Of a stretch of DNA of 64,000 bases, positions 61,270 through 64,000 are shown piece after piece. This DNA comes from Steroidobacteraceae bacterium. GTDB taxonomy: Bacteria > Pseudomonadota > Gammaproteobacteria > Steroidobacterales > Steroidobacteraceae. The stretch is taken from NCBI GenBank assembly GCA_040878925.1, contig JBBDLI010000007.1, forward strand, positions 23,410 through 87,409. Direction: 5' to 3'. A program made the translations under genes and the position numbers. Under the pieces are notes generated by a model that saw nothing but the letters and a program-made list of their open reading frames with translations, did not search any database and was not told the DNA's origin. The stretch's first letter is position 1. Every line of letters begins with the position of its first letter.

Positions 61270-64000
61270 TCAGCCGCCGAGCTCGCTCAACACTTCGGTG
61301 GCGGCCGCGATCCGGGCCGGCGCGTCGCCCGCATTGACGCGTAACCGGAGGCGATTCGGGCCGTCGAGACGGTAGCGACTGTCCGTCCGCTGGATCAGGC
61401 GCACGACCCGATCCGGATTCACGCGATGATCGCGGCCGAACTCGACGACGCCCGCGCTCGTGCCGATCTCCAGCCGCCGCAGGCCGAGGGTCTCACCGCG
61501 CTGCCGCAGGCGATGGACGACGAGCAGGGTCTTCGCTTGCGGCGGCAGCGGGCCGAAGCGGTCGATTATTTCCGCTTCCAGATCGTCCAGCCGTGTGCCG
61601 TCTGTCGCCCCAGCCAGGCGTTTGTAGAGTTGCAGCCGCAGGTGAACGTCCGGGATGTAATCCTCCGGCAGGAGCGCGGGCAGCTGCAGGTTGACCTCGC
61701 AGCCGGCGGTGAGCGGCCGCTCGAGATCGGGCTCGCGGCCTTCGCGCAACGCCGTGACGGCGCGCTCCAGCAGGTCGAGATAGAGACTGATGCCGATCTC
61801 CTGGATCTGGCCGCTCTGCTCCTCGCCGAGGAGTTCCCCCGCGCCGCGTATTTCGAGATCCTGGGTGGCGAGCGTAAAGCCGGCGCCCAGATCCTCGAGC
61901 GACTCGATCGCCTCGAGGCGCTTTTTCGCGTCGGCGGGCATGGCGGCCGCGGGCGGCGCGAGCAGATACGCAAAGGCGCGGTGATGCGATCGTCCGACGC
62001 GGCCGCGCAACTGATGAAGCTGCGCCAATCCGAAGCGGTCGGCGCGGTCGACCAGGATGGTGTTCGCCGTCGGCACGTCGATGCCCGACTCGATGATCGT
62101 GGTGCAGACGAGGACCTGGAACCGCCGGTGATAGAAATCGAGCATGAGCTGCTCGAGATCGCGTTCGCGCATCTGGCCGTGCCCGACGCGGATCGTCGCT
62201 TCCGGCACGAGACGCCGGAGGCGGAGCGCGCGGGCCTCGATGTCCTCGATCGTGTTGTGCACGAAATACACCTGGCCGCCGCGGCGGATTTCGCGGAGGC
62301 AGGCTTCGCGCACCAGGTTGTCGCTCCACTCGGTGACGAATGTCTCGATCGCCACCCGTTCCGCCGGCGGCGTCGTCATGAGCGACAGGTCGCGCAGGCC
62401 GCCGAGCGCCATGTTGAGCGTGCGGGGGATCGGCGTCGCGGTCAGCGTCAGCATGTCCACGTCGGCCCGCAGCTGCTTCAGCCGCTCCTTGTGGCCGACG
62501 CCGAAGCGGTGCTCCTCGTCCACGACGACGAGGCCGAGATCGCGGAAAGCGACGTCGCGCTGCAGCAGGCGATGCGTGCCGATGACGATGTCGACAGCGC
62601 CTGCCGCGAGCCCCTTGATGACGGCCTGCTGTTCGGCGGCGGTGCGAAAACGCGAAAGGTTTTCCACCCGCACCGGCCAGTCGGCGAATCGATCCGCAAA
62701 AGTCTGGACGTGCTGTTGCGCGAGGAGCGTCGTCGGCACCAGCACGGCGACCTGCCGTCCGCCCGTGACCGCTGCGAAGCACGCGCGGAGCGCAACCTCG
62801 GTCTTGCCGAATCCGACGTCGCCGCACACGACCCGGTCCATCGGCCGGCCCGAGCGCATGTCCGACAATACGGCTTCGATCGCCTCGTGCTGATCGATCG
62901 TCTCCTCGAAGGGGAACGCGGCTTCGAATGCCCGATAGGCGGTCTCGTCGAAGGCGACGGCACGGCCCTCGCGCGCGGCGCGGCGTGAGTACAGGTCGAG
63001 CAGTTCGGCCGCCACGTCGCGGACGCGATCGGCGGCCCGGCGGCGCGCGCGGACCCATTGCTCCGTCCCGAGGCGATGGCAGGGCGCGGCCTCCGGCGAG
63101 CCGCCCGTGTAGCGCGTCACGCGATCGAGCGTGTGTACCGGCACGTAGAGCAGGTCGCCGCCGGCGTATTCGATGACGAGGAACTCCGCCGGATTGCCCG
63201 CGACCTGCATGACCTTGAGCCCACGGTAGCGGCCAACGCCGTATTCCTCGTGCACGACGGGAGCACCCGGCGTGAGCGCCGCGAGTTCGCGCAGGATCGA
63301 CTCGGGGTCCCGCTCCGCGCGGCGGCGCCTGCGCTCCTGGCGCGCGCGTTCGCCGAAGAGTTGATCCTCCGCGACCAGCGCGATCGAGCGGCGGGGGAGC
63401 AAAAGCCCGCGGATCTCCGGCGCGATCGCGACTGCGAGCCGTGCTTCGCTGCGGATGAACGCCGGCCAGTTCGGCGCCACCGCCGCGTCGAGATCCTGGC
63501 GGCGCAGCATGTCGAGCAGAATCTCGCGGCGTCCGGCGGAATCGGCGGCAATTAGGGCGCGGCCTTCGAAGCCAGCGAGGAAGCGCGCGAGCTTCTCAAG
63601 CGGCTGCGGGGCGCGCGGATCGGCGCGCAATTCCGGTGGCGGCTCCGACGAAAAGTTCTCGAACGGAAGGCCGCTCGCGATCGGCTCGACCTTGACCGTC
63701 GTGACGGCGACGCGCGGGTGCCGCGCGAGCGCCGCAAGCGCGTCCAGCGCCGGCGTGAACACTTCTTCCGGTGGCAGCAAGGGCCGCTCGCGGTCATGGC
63801 GGCGCTGCTCATGCCGGTCCTGGATTTCCGCCCAGTAGGCGGGGAGCGAGCGCTCGATATCGGCGAGGTCGACGATCACGCTGCCCGGCGGCAGGTAATC
63901 GGTGAATGCGGCGGTCTCCCTGAAGAACAACGCCAGCCAGGACTCGATCCCCGGTGGAATCTGGCCGGCGGTGACTGCGCGATAGATGGCGCTCTGCTGG
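61270..64000 (-). CDS. mfd: transcription-repair coupling factor Mfd (N-terminus beyond the right window edge)
   Basis: The protein carries the helicase motifs GDVGFGKTEVALRA, VDEEHRFGV and QLRGRVGRS plus a TRCF C-terminal domain. The reading frame is open to the window end. Confidence 0.95.
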   Translation of the reverse strand, partial: QQSAIYRAVTAGQIPPGIESWLALFFRETAAFTDYLPPGSVIVDLADIERSLPAYWAEIQDRHEQRRHDRERPLLPPEEVFTPALDALAALARHPRVAVTTVKVEPIASGLPFENFSSEPPPELRADPRAPQPLEKLARFLAGFEGRALIAADSAGRREILLDMLRRQDLDAAVAPNWPAFIRSEARLAVAIAPEIRGLLLPRRSIALVAEDQLFGERARQERRRRRAERDPESILRELAALTPGAPVVHEEYGVGRYRGLKVMQVAGNPAEFLVIEYAGGDLLYVPVHTLDRVTRYTGGSPEAAPCHRLGTEQWVRARRRAADRVRDVAAELLDLYSRRAAREGRAVAFDETAYRAFEAAFPFEETIDQHEAIEAVLSDMRSGRPMDRVVCGDVGFGKTEVALRACFAAVTGGRQVAVLVPTTLLAQQHVQTFADRFADWPVRVENLSRFRTAAEQQAVIKGLAAGAVDIVIGTHRLLQRDVAFRDLGLVVVDEEHRFGVGHKERLKQLRADVDMLTLTATPIPRTLNMALGGLRDLSLMTTPPAERVAIETFVTEWSDNLVREACLREIRRGGQVYFVHNTIEDIEARALRLRRLVPEATIRVGHGQMRERDLEQLMLDFYHRRFQVLVCTTIIESGIDVPTANTILVDRADRFGLAQLHQLRGRVGRSHHRAFAYLLAPPAAAMPADAKKRLEAIESLEDLGAGFTLATQDLEIRGAGELLGEEQSGQIQEIGISLYLDLLERAVTALREGREPDLERPLTAGCEVNLQLPALLPEDYIPDVHLRLQLYKRLAGATDGTRLDDLEAEIIDRFGPLPPQAKTLLVVHRLRQRGETLGLRRLEIGTSAGVVEFGRDHRVNPDRVVRLIQRTDSRYRLDGPNRLRLRVNAGDAPARIAAATEVLSELGG

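Overview
High-GC gammaproteobacterial core-chromosome segment. By eye it is about 68-72% GC in the housekeeping genes. Gene order resembles Xanthomonadales/Nevskiales (inference from synteny only). About 65 protein genes are packed almost end to end, and most lie on the + strand in long operons whose stop and start codons overlap (ATGA, GTGA, TTGA).

Gene order:
- glnD-map (minus)
- rpsB-tsf-pyrH-frr-uppS-cdsA-dxr-rseP-bamA-skp-lpxD-fabZ-lpxA-lpxB-rnhB-dnaE-accA-tilS
- minus-strand type IV minor-pilin operon fimU-pilV-pilW-pilX-pilY1-pilE
- pyrG-kdsA-eno-ftsB-ispD-ispF-truD
- smr (minus)
- surE-pcm-nlpD
- DUF498 gene (minus)
- recJ-prfB-lysS
- ygfZ (minus)
- sdhCDAB-sdhE-ygfX
- rpoE-rseA-rseB-glutaredoxin-like gene
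- lepA-lepB-DUF4845-rnc-era-recO-pdxJ
- acpS-exonuclease-rlmD-nagZ
- mfd (minus, truncated)

I saw no rRNA, tRNA, CRISPR array, transposase, integrase, prophage or recognisable defence island. I did not find a convincing novel multi-gene system, and this is mostly an ordinary core region.

The least ordinary features are:
1. Three intergenic palindromic elements, each with perfect 27-bp arms. Two are 27-12-27 hairpins that exactly fill convergent gene gaps. The third is a 273-bp highly structured element bounded by inverted repeats, wedged between pdxJ and acpS.
2. The minor-pilin/PilY1 cluster, which looks lower in GC and sits between two conserved operon blocks.
3. The prfB +1 frameshift.
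4. An nlpD gene with no canonical start codon and no rpoS downstream.
5. A ribosomal protein S2 with a C-terminal extension of about 100 aa.

Many ORFs in the supplied track are 5'-extended or antisense artefacts of the high GC content. Starts given here were re-chosen from N-terminal homology and stop/start coupling.
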